Source of the DNA: Chrysomallon squamiferum
Lineage: Eukaryota > Animalia > Mollusca
Direction: 5' to 3'
DNA: 64,000 nt
NCBI GenBank assembly: GCA_012295275.1
Contig: CM022672.1
Span: 12,214,001 to 12,278,000, forward strand
Shown here: piece after piece, positions 37,101 through 50,200 of the stretch
How the letters are laid out: each line of letters starts with the position of its first letter
Position numbering within the stretch: the stretch's first letter is position 1
Program-made: the position numbers and the translations under genes
Notes under the pieces: model-generated
Seen by the model: the letters and a program-made list of their open reading frames with translations, nothing else
The model's database searches: none
Told to the model about the DNA's origin: nothing

Positions 37101-40100
37101 AAAAAACGAGCAAATTTTCAAAAATATGTGCGTTTTTTGTGCACGTGTCGGAAACGAGTTGTTCCCCTTGGGTGGGGCGTGCGGCACTTTTCACCCGTGT
37201 AGGGCAACCCTTGCCCCACTTTTGGGTATGTGCGCCCGATTTTCCCACGTGCACAGAAAAAGTTATTGCACTTTGAAAAAGGTACCCCTAGCATTTTCAA
37301 CGAAACTTGAAAAAATTCGATTTTCAAAAGTTGAAAATCCGTGTGGCACTATTCCGTGCGGTCGGGAAAAATATTTCAACGTGTGCAAAAGGTGCGCGCC
37401 GTCGGGGCGAGTGTGGCAAAATCGTTTCCAACATTTTCCAAAGGTGCTGCACCTCTTTTAGAAAATGCGTTTGAAAAAAAAACGAGCAAATTTTCAAAAA
37501 TATGTGCGTTTTTTGTGCACGTGTCGGAAACGAGTTGTTCCCCTTGGGTGGGGCGTGCGGCACTTTTCACCCGTGTAGGGCAACCCTTGCCCCACTTTTG
37601 GGTATGTGCGCCCGATTTTTCCCACGTGCACAGAAAAAGTTATTGCACTTTGAAAAAGGTACCCCTAGCATTTTCAACGAAACTTGAAAAAATTCGATTT
37701 TCAAAAGTTGAAAATCCGTGTGGCACTATTCCGTGCGGTCGGGAAAAATATTTCAACGTGTGCAAAAGGTGCGCGCCGTCGGGGCGAGTGTGGCAAAATC
37801 GTTTCCAACATTTTCCAAAGGTGCTGCACCTTTAGAAAATGCGTTTGAAAAAAAAACGAGCAAATTTTCAAAATATGTGCGTTTTTTGTGCACGTGTCGG
37901 AAACGAGTTGTTCCCCTTAGGTCGGGGGGCGTGCGGCACTTTTCACCCGTGTAGGGCAACCCTTGCCCCACTTTTGGGTATGTGCGCCCGATTTTTCCCA
38001 CGTGCACAGAAAAAGTTATTGCACTTTGAAAAAGGTACCCCTAGCATTTTCAACGAAACTTGAAAAAATTCGATTTTCAAAAGTTGAAAATCCGTGTGGC
38101 ACTATTCCGTGCGGTCGGGAAAAATATTTCAACGTGTGCAAAAGGTGCGCGCCGTCGGGGCGAGTGTGGCAAAATCGTTTCCAACATTTTCCAAAGGTGC
38201 TGCACCTTTAGAAAATGCGTTTGAAAAAAAAAACGAGCAAATTTTCAAAATATGTGCGTTTTTTGTGCACGTGTCGGAAACGAGTTGTTCCCCTTGGGTG
38301 GGGCGTGCGGCACTTTTCACCCGTGTAGGGCAACCCTTGCCCCACTTTTGGGTATGTGCGCCCGATTTTTCCCACGTGCACAGAAAAAGTTATTGCACTT
38401 TGAAAAAGGTACCCCTAGCATTTTCAACGAAACTTGAAAAAATTCGATTTTCAAAAGTTGAAAATCCGTGTGGCACTATTCCGTGCGGTCGGGAAAAATA
38501 TTTCAACGTGTGCAAAAGTGCGCGCCGTCGGGGCGAGTGTGGCAAAATCGTTTCCAACATTTTCCAAAGGTGCTGCACCTTTAGAAAATGCGTTTGAAAA
38601 AAAAAACGAAAATTTTCAAAATATGTGCGTTTTTGTGCGTAATCGGAAACGAGTTGTTCCCCTTGGGTGGGGCGTGCGGCACTTTTCACCCGTGTAGGGC
38701 AACCCTTGCCCCACTTTTGGGTATGTGCGCCCGATTTTTCCCACGTGCACAGAAAAAGTTATTGCACTTTGAAAAAGGTACCCCTAGCATTTTCAACGAA
38801 ACTTGAAAAAATTCGATTTTCAAAAGTTGAAAATCCGTGTGGCACTATTCCGTGCGGTCGGGAAAAATATTTCAACGTGTGCAAAAGGTGCGCCCGTCGG
38901 GGCGAAAATCGTTTCCAACATTTTCCAAAGTGGCAAAATCGTTTCCAACATTTTCCAAAGGTGCTGCACCTTTAGAAAATGCGTTTGAAAAAAAAACGAG
39001 CAAATTTTCAAAAATATGTGCGTTTTTTGTGCACGTGTCGGAAACGAGTTGTTCCCCTTGGGTGGGGCGTGCGGCACTTTTCACCCGTGTGGGCAACCCG
39101 TTTGCCCCGAACAAATTTTTTTGGGTATGTGCGCCCGATTTTTCCCACGTGCACAGAAAAGTTATTGCACTTTGAAAAAAAAGGTACCCCTAGCATTTTC
39201 AACGAAACTTGAAAAAATTCGATTTTCAAAAGTTGAAAATCCGTGTGGCAATATTCCGTGCGGTCGGGAAAAATATTTCAACGTGTGCAAAAGGTGCGCG
39301 CCGTCGGGGCGAGTGTGGCAAAATCGTTTCCAACATTTTCAAAGGTGCTGCACCTTTAGAAAATGCGTTTGAAAAAAAAAACGAGCAAATTTTCAAAAAT
39401 ATGTGCGTTTTTTGTGCACGTGTCGGAAACGAGTTGTTCCCCTTGGGTGGGGCGTGCGGCACTTTTCACCCGTGTAGGGCAACCCTTGCCCCACTTTTGG
39501 GTATGTGCGCCCGATTTTTCCCACGTGCACAGAAAAAGTTATTGCACTTTGAAAAAGGTACCCCTAGCATTTTCAACGAAACTTGAAAAAATTCGATTTT
39601 CAAAAGTTGAAAATCCGTGTGGCACTATTCCGTGCGGTCGGGAAAAATATTTCAACGTGTGCAAAAGGTGCGCGCCGTCGGGGCGAGTGTGGCAAAATCG
39701 TTTCCAACATTTTCCAAAGGTGCTGCACCTTTAGAAAATGCGTTTGAAAAAAAAAACGAGCAAATTTTCAAAAATATGTGCGTTTTTTGTGCACGTGTCG
39801 GAAACGAGTTGTTCCCCTTATTTTTCCCACGTGCACAGAAAAAGTTATTGCACTTTGAAAAAGGTACCCCTTGGTTGGGGCGTGCGGGGCGGGGCGTGCG
39901 GCACTTTTTCGGGGCGTGCGGCACTTTTCACCCGTGTGGGGCAACCCTTGCCCTTTTGGGTATGTGCGCCCGATTTTTCCACGTGCACAGAAAAAAAGTT
40001 ATTGCACTTTGAAAAAGGTACCCCTAGCATTTTCAACGAAACTTGAAAAAATTCGATTTTCAAAAGTTGAAAATCCGTGTGGCACTATTCCGTGCGGTCG

Positions 40101-41294
40101 GGAAAAATATTTCAACGTGTGCAAAAGGTGCGCGCCGTCGGGGCGAGTGTGGCAAAATCGTTTCCAACATTTTCCAAAGGTGCTGCACCTTTAGAAAATG
40201 CGTTTGAAAAAAAAACGAGCAAATTTTCAAAAATATGTGCGTTTTTTGTGCACGTGTCGGAAACGAGTTGTTCCCCTTGGGTGGGGCGTGCGGCACTTTT
40301 CACCCGTGTAGGGCAACCCTTGCCCCACTTTTGGGTATGTGCGCCCGATTTTTCCCACGTGCACAGAAAAAGTTATTGCACTTTGAAAAAGGTACCCCTA
40401 GCATTTTCAACGAAACTTGAAAAAATTCGATTTTCAAAAGTTGAAAATCCGTGTGGCACTATTCCGTGCGGTCGGGAAAAATATTTCAACGTGTGCAAAA
40501 GGTGCGCGCCGTCGGGGCGGGGCGAGTGTGGCAAAATCGTTTCCAACATTTTCCAAAGGTGCTGCACCTTTAGAAAATGCGTTTGAAAAAAAAAACGAGC
40601 AAATTTTCAAAAATATGTGCGTTTTTTGTGCACGTGTCGGAAACGAGTTGTTCCCCTTGGGTGGGGCGTGCGGCACTTTTCACCCGTGTAGGGCAACCCT
40701 TGCCCCACTTTTGGGTATGTGCGCCCGATTTTTCCCACGTGCACAGAAAAAGTTATTGCACTTTGAAAAAGGTACCCCTAGCATTTTCAACGAAACTTGA
40801 AAAAATTCGATTTTCAAAAGTTGAAAATCCGTGTGGCACTATTCCGTGCGGTCGGGAAAAATATTTCAACGTGTGCAAAAGGTGCGCGCCGTCGGGGCGA
40901 GTGTGGCAAAATCGTTTCCAACATTTTCCAAAGGTGCTGCACCTTTAGAAAATGCGTTTGAAAAAAAAACGAGCAAATTTTCAAAAATATGTGCGTTTTT
41001 TGTGCACGTGTCGGAAACGAGTTGTTCCCCTTGGGTGGGGCGTGCGGCACTTTTCACCCGTGTAGGGCAACCCTTGCCCACTTTTTTGGGTATGTGCGCC
41101 CGATTTTTCCCACGTGCACAGAAAAGTTATTGCACTTTGAAAAAGGTACCCCTAGCATTTTCAACGAAACTTGAAAAAATTCGATTTTCAAAAGTTGAAA
41201 ATCCGTGTGGCACTATTCCGTGCGGTCGGGAAAAATATTTCAACGTGTGCAAAAGGTGCGCGCCGTCGGGGCGAGTGTGGCAAAATCGTTTCCA
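34141..41294. repeat. Tandem satellite, 374-bp monomer, about 19 copies, truncated by an assembly gap
   Basis: Monomer starts (gtgcacg) at 34147, 34521, 34895 and onward; period 374. Copies near-identical; much more GC- and CpG-rich than the flanks. Confidence 0.98.
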
Positions 41295-41494
41295 NNNNNN
41301 NNNNNNNNNNNNNNNNNNNNNNNNNNNNNNNNNNNNNNNNNNNNNNNNNNNNNNNNNNNNNNNNNNNNNNNNNNNNNNNNNNNNNNNNNNNNNNNNNNNN
41401 NNNNNNNNNNNNNNNNNNNNNNNNNNNNNNNNNNNNNNNNNNNNNNNNNNNNNNNNNNNNNNNNNNNNNNNNNNNNNNNNNNNNNNNNNNNNNN
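41295..41494. other. Assembly gap (200 N)
   Basis: Run of exactly 200 N, typical of a fixed-size scaffolding gap. Confidence 0.99.
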
Positions 41495-41594
41495 AATGGT
41501 ACAAATGAAAGAATAATTATGTATTCTATTAAAATAAAGTATTTGTTTTTGTTTATTTATTTATTTATTTATTTTAATTTTTTTTTTTTTTTTT

Positions 41595-41628
<34 letters not shown>

Positions 41629-41645
41629 TTGTTTGTGTTTGTTTT

Positions 41646-41967
41646 AGATTTGAAATGAAATTGTACAAAAGTGGTAGTTTTCTTCTGGAATAATTTAGCT
41701 GATTAGTAAAAATATTTGGAGGTCTTGAGATCATTTTTAAATGAACAGTCATGAAAACAAGTCTGGTTGCTTTACTACTAGAAAATTACTGAACGTGGAC
41801 ACTAGGTTTGTATAAAGAGCGATGGAAGTTTGTATGGCTTTGTAAGTGCGAGTGGTTTTATGTTACTTGTTAAAAAAAAAACAGACACAGGCACAATAAA
41901 TGTTTTTAGAAAAAACAACTTTTTGTTTAAATAAGGTCCACATTTATCATTAATTATAAAAATTAAC

Positions 41968-42013
<46 letters not shown>

Positions 42014-42074
42014 TCTATTTTATTGTAGTTTTTAAACTGACACATATTATTAACATATTTTTTATTTATGCTTC

Positions 42075-42105
<31 letters not shown>

Positions 42106-42725
42106 ATTAATATTATTATTATTATTTGGAAAAGTTCTTTGGTTTTGTTTTTTGTTTATAGCTCTCTCTAACGAAAACTGACGAAACATTGCGCCTTTAC
42201 GAAATCTCACTCGGTGTATATGCGTGTTCATAAAGAGTCCACAATTCCAACAACACTGGTTACACTCTGGAAACAAAATAAAATGATTTGCGACAAGAGG
42301 AAATAGGGCTGAAACTAGTATTTTATGGAAGGGTGTAAGTTCAGTTTAGTCGACAAAAATTTTCGAGATAATAGGAGATTCAATGAAAGGGTCGTGGCAT
42401 TATTTACTGAATGATCACTTTTCAGATCTGAAGACAGTGTTGTCTCTGCAGTCGTTCCATTATTATCTCTTCTTTTATCACTCTTCCCTGTATTAACAGC
42501 AGATTTGAAATGAAATGGTACAAAAAAGTTTTGGTTTTCTTCTGAATAATTTAGCTGATTTACTACTAGTAAAAATATTTGGAGGTCTTGACATCATTTT
42601 TAAATGAATAGTCATGAAAAAAAAGACTGGTTGCTTTACTACTAGAAAATGCAGGTTGGGATTTCGATGTTATTTTTAAATTACCGAATGTGGACACTAG
42701 GTTTGCATCAGAGCTCTGGAAGTTT
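41646..42725 (+). repeat. Diverged direct duplication of a ~190-220 bp block (41646-41830 and 42501-42725)
   Basis: agatttgaaatgaaat(t/g)gtacaaaa...aataatttagctgatt...agtaaaaatatttggaggtcttga...gtcatgaaaa...tggacactaggtttg...tggaagttt present twice. Confidence 0.85.
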
Positions 42726-43089
42726 TAACATGAAGTCGCACGAGCTCTTGTTATTACAGAAGACACACGTCAGTCTAGTAAATGTTGTGGTAAGGTTAGA
42801 ACTGACACTTTTGTTTTGAGACACAAATGAACTTTTAAAACAGGATTATATGCCAGAATGAAACAGCTTTGCTTCAAATGAAAATTCATAGCCATATCTG
42901 TTTGATGTAAATTAGTTGCATTGAATAAAGCTATTTTATCATTCATTCATTTATTCATTCATTTTATTATTGGACCCTACTTTTTGCGCAGGGTTCTAGA
43001 TTTGGAAACGATATATATTCCATATATCCTATATATTTAAGTATATCCTTTATATAGTTTTGTAATACATGCATTGTTCAATGGTTTTC

Positions 43090-43194
<105 letters not shown>

Positions 43195-46100
43195 CAAAGT
43201 TTGCCATTAACTTTTCCATGTCTTAAATTCCAGTTTCCAGTGTAACTTAAATACAACTTTCTGACTTTTATTTATTATTACTTTTTTATCTCCATATACA
43301 TTTTTTCTTACTTTTATGTTCATATATTATTAGTATGTATTTCCCATTCCAGCAAATCCCTTCTACCCAATGCTTAATCAAATGCTCCTCCGTTTATTAC
43401 AACAACAAAAAAAAAATAAAAAAAAATAAAGTTCTGCTAACAGAAAAAGAGTAGCCCACAATGTGGTGGCATTGGTTTTGCTTTTTCATTAACAGTAGAG
43501 TTGTTAATGAGCACATGGAGAGGTTATAAGCTCTGGTTAATATACAGACCTTCTAAAACAAGTGTTAATATGCAATACTTACAGTGTACAGATTGAAATG
43601 ATATCACACAGGTCTTATCTGAAATTGTTAGGTTATATTAAAATCCAGCCATTGATATAACATGGATAAAAATGTATCATTACAATGAAATATTTCTTCC
43701 TTACTTCTTTAATTACTTACATTTAAAAATAGAAAAAAACACAACATAATATTTTCTTTTTAAATTTTATTTAAGCAAATGATTACATACAATTACAAGT
43801 AAAAGAAATTTGCAAAGGAAAATGTTTATTCGTTTATCTCCACTTTGGCAGATAAGAGAAGTAATTAGTGGATGGAGACTCTTCTGTCTTAAAGTAACTC
43901 AGTAAAAATTACAAGTTGACAAAGGAAAATTATATTTGTCATGATGTTATTTGATACAGAGTTCAATTACACTAATTTAAAAATTACATATTAATCTTTA
44001 TATCCATACTCTTACCAGATAAATAAAAATATCAACTGATATTGATTGCCACTTCTGCGAGATATAAAGCATGTAAAATAAGAAAACATCTTATAATATA
44101 TAATCTACTATGTTTATATAACATTTACATTTCATACTGTGATGTACAGAAGAATATGAATGCAATGTCCATCCACTGTGAAATTATAACATTTTCAAAA
44201 ATTAGCCAATTAGACATTTACTTGGTAAAGAATTGAAAAAGTGAATTGTATCAGAAACAAAATAATGGTAATACATAGATGTTTATAATATTATGCATTT
44301 TAATTAGCATTTCTGTTAAATAAATGTACCTCGATTCTCGATATAATACAAATCAGTGTAATTAGTAAAATAATAATTGAAGTGATTGGGAATTTAAGTT
44401 TTTGTGTTAATTAAAAAGTCTATTATTTAAATCCACTTTTGAATTACTTTACCTTTTCGTTTTTTCGCTCTTGAAACAAAATCTTATGAATTAGACTTTA
44501 AGAGAATTCACCACTCTAGTGTTTGAGATGAAAATCTTACAGTCACTCCTAAGTAAGAATAGCATTATCTGGCCAAAGTGGGGACATTTTCAGAATTATC
44601 ACACATCTATTTTTATAAATAATGCTGCAGCATATGTTTTTGTTTTTTTCCCCTTTATTTTTCCAGGGGGATGTTTGTTTTTTTAATTAACAGACGTAAC
44701 TGTATTTGTTAAAGTGTACCTTACATTTTGTTAAACTACAGTTATCAGTTTATTATTTCCAACGTTTACTGAAAATAAAGACAGACTGTATAATAACATG
44801 CTTATGCACATTAAATGCAAGCTGGCACTTTACTCTTATTGTGATGTGTCTTAATACAGAAAATAATTTCAAAATTATAATGAGTAAACTGTTTCAGTAT
44901 ATGATGGATATTTTTCAATTCTGTTTATAACTGGAAATGTTAATATCCATTCATCTTCAAAAGCTTGTTATTGTATTGTCAGACTTTGTTATTAACAAAG
45001 ATTGTTTACAAAATGTTATATTGTTTGTTTATATGATCAAGGACTTCCCATTCTATTAAATATTTCCACTTTAAATGTTTAAATGATGAATTATTCATCA
45101 TTAAATTATTTGTTTGTCAATCAGATAAACATTTTTAAAATATTGTAATTGTCATAACTGAAGATTATATGCAATTCCAAAAAATATTTCTGATAGAAAT
45201 TATTGTAAATAATTACTATAATATTATGGATTTTCAGATTATTATTTAAATTTTAATTTTCTTAAAATACAGTTAGTGAAATAAAAAGCATAGAGTGTAT
45301 ATTCCATATTTCTATTGATAAATTGTTACAAAATTTAAATAACCGGTAACCAGTACTGAATTAATTCATATTTACAACAATATGTGTGATACATTTAAAA
45401 AGAAATTATTTACAAAAACAATCTGGTTATTTACATAACTGAAATTAAGTGGATATCATGATTAATATATGTGGGTTGTATCTGTGGATGTATTATACAT
45501 TGTATGTGGTATTTATAATCAGTTGTATGTGTGTATGTATGTATGTGTTTATGTATGTGTGTATGTATGTATGTATGTATGTATATATATATATATATAT
45601 ATAGGTATTATGTATGTGTGTATATATGAATGTGTGTGTGTATGTATATATGTTTATGTTTGTATATGTGTGTTGTGTATGTATGTGTGTTAAATGTTAA
45701 TCATATAAAACTCAGTCATCAATTCTCAATAATCAACTGTAATAATTTTACTCAGAGTTATATCATTATTTCGTATGAAAGCTAAACAAAATAACACATG
45801 TTATTATTATTAAAAATATTTCTTATATAGGAATGTGAAAAAACACCACACAAAAACTAGAAAGCTAGAAATTAATGTATTCATCACATCTAAACCATTA
45901 ATACAGTGTTAACCAAAAATAAGCAGACAATAGGTTGGCCAGCAATCTGAGAACCTTCATTGATAAAATGTTCCATACATTTATTTTCTATTGGTATATG
46001 TTAATTTTTTTTTTTTTAAATTCCTGTTGTATACAAAACATTGAGATATAATTCTACACGTAATCTGAAAATAAACATCATTTACTGTCCACCTACTTTT

Positions 46101-46384
46101 ATATCACAATTTTTATCAAGAAATTTCAAACATTAAACTAGTAAATAAACAAATAAAAATTGTGTATTTATGCTATGTCAATCAAAATTGTTCTATCCGG
46201 AATTAATGGCTCATCATTATTTTAATCACAAAAAATTAAAAATAATATACAAATAATAATTTTTTTCTTTCTTGGATTGGACAAATTGTGATCATACACA
46301 GAAAATAAAATTCCCATTTTTATCCTGATAATTTTAATAAACCTCATTTTCAAATTATTATCAGCTAACATTAGTCAAAAAAAC

Positions 46385-47080
46385 AGAAACAAAATACAGA
46401 ATAAATTTGTGTCAGAAAAACATTAAAATACACAATTAGTATTTCTCAGAGAGAAGTCAAATTACAAAATAATTGTCTTTAAGTCAAAACACACAAATAC
46501 AGAATATTTGTCAAAATAAAATAAATAACAATACACAATGAATATTTGTTAGAAAGAAGTAAAAGATGCAGTGATTAACAGAATAAAGTCAAATTATAAA
46601 TAATTGTCTTTAAGTCAAAACACACAATACAGAATATGTCAAAACATACAATGAATATTTGTTAGAAAGAAGTAAAAGATGCAGTGATTAACAGAATAAA
46701 GTCAAATTACAAAATAACTGTCTTTAAGTCAAAACACACAAATACAGAATACTTGTTAAAAAGAAATAAAATATGGAATGATTAATAGAATAAAATCAAA
46801 TTACAAAATAACTTTCTTTAAGTCAAAACACACAAATACAAAATATTTGTCAAAATAAAATAAATAAAAATACACAATGAATATTTGTTGGAAAGAAGTA
46901 AAAGATGCAGTGATTAACAGAATAAAGGTATATTGCAAAATAATTATTTGTAAGTAGAAAGACACAAATACAGAATATTTGTCCAAAAAAAAGAAGAAAA
47001 TAGACAATGAATATTTGTTAGAAAGAAGTAAAAGATACAATGATTAATAGAATAAAGTCAAATTAGAAAATTACTGTCTC
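46385..47080. repeat. Degenerate tandem repeat (about 95-132 bp units, 5-6 copies) just downstream of the PARP stop codon
   Basis: Recurring gaatatttgttagaaagaagtaaaagatgcagtgattaacagaataaagtcaaattacaaaataattgtctttaagtcaaaacacacaaatac. Confidence 0.85.
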
Positions 47081-47275
47081 AAAGAATTCATAATAATATA
47101 CAGTGAATATTTTTTTTACAAAGAAGTCACTACACAAAATATTTACCAGAAAGATGTAAATTTAGACCGTGTTTATCAAAAAGAAATCAGTTACACATTA
47201 ATAACAAAAAATGTATGTTCTGTTTATATCTAATCTACCAATAAAAAGTTTGTTATAAAGCCAATAAGTATGACA

Positions 47276-50200
47276 TTATTCACACTTAACAGTAAGCATG
47301 TATTCTGGATAAGCCTGGGTGTCATTAAATATAACAAATGTTTGTGGATCATTTGTGTTGTCTACGACAGAGTCATATAATTTCTTACTGGCTTCATCAA
47401 TGAAAGGAGGAACTCTATCTGATGGTGAAATTTTGTCGCTGTACACTCCTGTGATGACCTTACTAAGGAATAAATATTTCTTTTTGTCTTCTTCTTTGCA
47501 GTATTTGCTGAGAGCAAGTGCTGATTTTACAGTGAAATAGACTCCCTGTCCTAAATCATTTACTGAAGAAAAAAAAAAAAAAAAAAACATTTAAAAAATC
47601 AATATTTGGATAAAATTTGAAATGATAAAAACAATGGTTTTTTGGAAATAAATATTTGTGGTTTTTTCTCTTTTTAAAAAAACCCAAAATATATAAATAG
47701 ATATTAGGTAATGTTGTGTAATAACACAAATAATATTACCACAAAAATAAAAATTAATTTCAAATCTAATTTGAATAAAACAAAAATACTGAAAAATTTA
47801 TAAATAAATCTTTTAGAAAATAATTTTGATATAAAAATCCCCCAAATATTATAAATTTAAATTTTTAAAGAGAAAAATGTATAAAATATTTTAAATGTAA
47901 TTGTTAGAAAATAATTCAATATTTTAATTTTTTATACATGCCCATCCAAAAAGCTAACATATTATTTTAAATCTAATTTTTAGAAAATAATTAAAAAGCT
48001 CATTAATCTATTTTTTTATAAAAAAAAAAAAAAAAAAAAACCCAAACAAAACAAAAAAACTAGCAAATATTCAAAATCTAATTTTTTTGAAAATAAATCA
48101 AAACATTTAATTTTAATTTTAAGGAAAAAAACAACTAAAATCTTATTAATTACAAATTTTCTACTTCTAAACAGTTTTTCAGCATTTGACATACCATCTT
48201 GATTGCAAAAGCTGCGATTGAATCCATAGGCTGCAATGCTGGTCTGCATTTTGCATTCTGTTCCATGCCAAAGACTCTTTTCATTTGTTTTGTTTGGATT
48301 GTCTTTGTTAGCTTTCTCTGCCCGCATCTTGTACTGCTGATAGAGGGTCCTACTCTGTATACGGTCAATCTACAATTTGAACAAAATATGCATGTAACTT
48401 CTAATGATTTACTTTAAATAAGAACGTTTTTAATGTAAATAACGATAGGTTGAGATGATAATGGTATTTATATTCATTAAAAGCAAAATTCAGGGCATAT
48501 ATTATTTAACTGTATGGAAGAAAATACATTTTATTTTTGACTCACATTCAAAAATTGAATGTCCTGTAAATTTATAAGTAATGAATTTATGGGCAACTGT
48601 TATTTTGATAATGATTTTTCAAGGCAGGGCAAAAAGTGCAACTGATTATTTCAAATATATATATATATAACAACAGCACACAGTATTTTCATATTCATTT
48701 CTAGAACATTTGTTTCTTTAAAAAACATGAAGTTCAAAATATGGACATTATTTATTACTTACTCTAATGATTTTGCATTTTTCAGAATCAATGGTCGATG
48801 TAAACTCAGTTTCAACCTTTTTGTATTCTTCAGTGCTGTTGTCAATTTTCTCCATGGTCATATCTTTTTGCATTGTACTCCAGTGATCTGGTAATTGGAT
48901 GGAGGCAGCTGAAAAAGTAATCATAATTATATGTTTATAATTCTGACATCTTTAAAAATCATTTCAGAATAATAATAATAATAATAATAATATTAATAAT
49001 AATAATAATTTGCGATAATAATAATAATAATAATAATAATAATATAATAATATATAGTAATAATAAGTCATGAATATTTTTTTAGTTGGGTCTACAAATC
49101 TTTATCAAGAATTATATTTAGGCATAATCATTTTAATAAATAAATATCTCAGCCTATTTGTCTGATCTTTTGCACAAGAGACAGAAAAGCAGTGGTAAAA
49201 ATTCAGCCTATTTGTCTGATCTTTTGCACAAGAGACAGAATAAATATTTAGTTTGCAACATCACTCAAGTCAATACAATGTTAGACATCTTCTAACTCCT
49301 TTCATTGTGTGTGTGTGCTTACATTCCAACAGATTTTTGCGGATGACCGTCAAAGCTTCATCTGGTTCATCTTTAGGGTATTCCAACCATTTATTAAAAT
49401 CAATAACATATTTTCCATCTTCTGTATCATACAAGTAAAATGACTCTCCAGCATTGTAAGCTTTGTCTATTTTGAAATTTATTTCTATTTCATACTCATC
49501 CAATTGTGTTTTACCATCCTCATCAGTACCAACAGTGTACCACTGTACAACCTTGGCTAAATTTTTAGCATTTTCATTCTCTTGTTTCAGCTTTTCATTT
49601 TCTCTAATAACTTCCTGAATTTTACTGCTGGCTTCCAACACAGCCTTTTGAAGACCCTTGACAACAATTTTCCCTTTGGGTTTGTTTACAGTTATATCAA
49701 CTTCATTCACGTTTGAGATGTTTGTAATATCATTTATCTAAAAAAAAAGAAAAAAGAAATTCATTAAAAAGAAACTCAAATATGGATTGGGTATGTCAAT
49801 CACTTGCTCTCTAATTGAATATGTACAACTAATAAATCTATGAACAGAAATTGGTGTTTGTAGAAACTGCAATATCATTTAATTATAGAAAATATATCAA
49901 AAATGTTTATGAAGAGGTAACTTACCATTTCATCATCCCATTCAATGATACACTTCTCGTCCATCGTCTTTGTCTTTACTTGCTTATCATACTCATCAAA
50001 AATGAACTTAACAGCTTTAGCAATATCACTTTTATTATCTGAGTAGATGTTTAGAGTTACTGAAGACTTAGCTGAAGACCTTTTCATTTCTAAATGCTTT
50101 CTGTTTACTTTGATGTCAGGATTTGGGGATTGTTTTGGTTTTGGTTTCATCACTCGATGAGCTAAAATTAAAGGGAAATATTTATATCTGTATTATTTAT

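Noticed and set aside
38890-39960. Rearranged satellite monomers (internal duplications near 38900-38935, 39090-39120, 39820-39920)
   Set aside because: The pattern fits consensus/polishing artefacts in a collapsed repeat; higher-order structure cannot be claimed without raw reads.
34141-41294. Possible CRISPR array or rDNA/5S/tRNA cluster
   Set aside because: There are no unique spacers, the context is eukaryotic, and no 5S, tRNA or snRNA sequence is recognisable in the monomer.
34147-41596. Dozens of 60-225 aa ORFs on both strands
   Set aside because: They are translations of the stop-poor 374-bp satellite, recurring with its period in several frames with no domain motifs; some run through Ns.
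43432-43490. Fragment ctgctaacagaaaaagagtagcccacaatgtggtggca resembling a gastropod SINE central domain
   Set aside because: About 50 bp and recognised only from memory; no head or tail to support a call.
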